DNA of 32,000 bases, taken from Candidatus Minimicrobia sp. QA0096. Its GTDB lineage: Bacteria; Patescibacteriota; Saccharimonadia; Saccharimonadales; Saccharimonadaceae. The notes under the pieces are model-generated. The model was given only the letters and a program-made list of their open reading frames with translations. It was not told the origin of the DNA and searched no databases. Shown piece by piece: positions 31,407 through 32,000 of this stretch. The position numbers were made by a program, and so were the translations under genes. Positions within the stretch are counted from its first letter, which is position 1, and each line of letters begins with the position of its first letter. Where the stretch lies: positions 60,001 to 92,000 of the forward strand of contig NZ_OZ017288.1 in the NCBI RefSeq assembly GCF_963967315.1, read 5' to 3'.

Positions 31407-31414
31407 GGAAAGTA

Positions 31415-31675
31415 ATGGTAAAAGAAACTGACATTTCGGCTAATGATACAGGCGATTCTGGCGCGATGATGATCTTGGCAAGGACGATGATTGGTACAAT
31501 GTGGCGAATGTTTTTGCCAACAATTGGCTTAACTTTGTTAGGATTGTGGCTGGATAATGCCAGCGGAATAAAGATGAGATGGTTACTTGCTGGAATTATT
31601 TCTGGCGCGATTATCTCAGTGATTCTCGTAGCTTTGCAAATTGCTAAAATTAAACAGCAGGAGTTGAAGAAATGA
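31415..31675 (+). CDS. AtpZ/AtpI-like small membrane protein of the atp operon
   Basis: 86 aa with 2 TM helices and the motif GLTLLGLWLD. It lies directly upstream of atpB and overlaps it as ATGA. Confidence 0.55.
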   Translation: MVKETDISANDTGDSGAMMILARTMIGTMWRMFLPTIGLTLLGLWLDNASGIKMRWLLAGIISGAIISVILVALQIAKIKQQELKK

Positions 31676-32000
31676 TCGATTATATGGCAAGCGCTGGTCC
31701 GCATATTTCAGTAAAGGTTGACGAAGTTTTCAATGTCGCTGGCGTGTCTATTACGAATTCACACTTGATGGGATTCTTGGGATTGATTGTACTAGTGTGG
31801 GCAATGTTTCGTACTCGTGCGGCGGTTTTAGGTAAAAAGAAGCATAATTTTATTACAAGACTAATTCAGTGGACGTTCGACGGACTTTATAATACAGTTT
31901 GCCAAGTCATTCCGGACCGAAAATGGGCGCGTAAGGTTGCTCCGCTTTGTATTACACTATTTTTCTTTATCGTTGCGCAGTACTGGCTGGGACTTTTGCC
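31672..32000 (+). CDS. atpB: F0F1 ATP synthase subunit a, 5' part (runs off the window)
   Basis: My own translation is MIDYMASAGPHISVKVDEVFNVAGVSITNSHLMGFLGLIVLVWAMFRT...ITLFFFIVAQYWLGLL. AGGAG (31659-31663) lies 8 nt upstream. The frame is open to the end of the window. Confidence 0.75.
   Translation, partial: MIDYMASAGPHISVKVDEVFNVAGVSITNSHLMGFLGLIVLVWAMFRTRAAVLGKKKHNFITRLIQWTFDGLYNTVCQVIPDRKWARKVAPLCITLFFFIVAQYWLGLL

Noticed and set aside
1-32000. Alternative genetic code (UGA recoding, as in some CPR lineages), programmed frameshifts or pseudogenes.
   Set aside because: All recognisable genes are full-length under the standard code. TGA is used as a genuine stop, for example at 8875-8877 and 31673-31675. 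I saw no split or truncated family members.

Overview
Gene-dense chromosomal window with about 30 CDS, 2 tRNAs and most intergenic spacers of 10-90 bp. Genes lie mostly on the minus strand. G+C is heterogeneous by hand count: about 35-38% in some membrane and orphan genes, about 50% in der and gltX. The gene content and style fit a small-genome Gram-positive-type or CPR/Saccharibacteria-like bacterium: sortase, PEGA and DUF3048 proteins, tandem GT4 transferases, long P/Q-rich tails and tiny spacers. That taxonomic call is inference only. Recognisable housekeeping genes are pth, der, an RsuA/RluB-family pseudouridine synthase, gltX, xth, smpB, an ABC-F ATPase, a glutaredoxin-like protein, an atpZ-like gene, the 5' part of atpB, tRNA-Glu(CUC) and tRNA-Leu(CAA). 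There are five functional neighbourhoods. (1) A Fur/Zur-like regulator is co-operonic with a split DUF1980 + PF03773 permease, next to a TerC/DUF475 protein and a COG0523 CxCC GTPase. (2) Two histidine kinase/response regulator pairs are present, and neither regulator has a DNA-binding output; one carries a ~215-aa P/Q-rich tail and is translationally coupled to the pseudouridine synthase. (3) A tRNA-Glu-adjacent accessory segment holds two divergent Nudix paralogs and an ANT(6)-like nucleotidyltransferase. (4) An envelope cluster holds a DUF4367-like protein, a PEGA protein and a sortase with a long N-terminal extension. (5) An alpha/beta hydrolase sits upstream of a tandem GT4 pair. I saw no rRNA, CRISPR, transposase, integrase or phage structural genes. 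The items most worth a second look are listed here. First, an orphan consensus-promoter-to-terminator unit (31-375) with no ORF is a candidate new ncRNA. Second, two small self-contained cassettes (5363-6126 and 23248-23715) each carry their own strong promoter and a leader with mutually exclusive helices that can occlude the Shine-Dalgarno sequence; each encodes an orphan protein with atypical C/G-ending codon choice. Third, a TGnTATAAT element lies 6-10 nt upstream of the ATG at about 18 transcription-unit starts, which implies leaderless mRNAs. All family assignments come from motif recognition by eye, with no database search.
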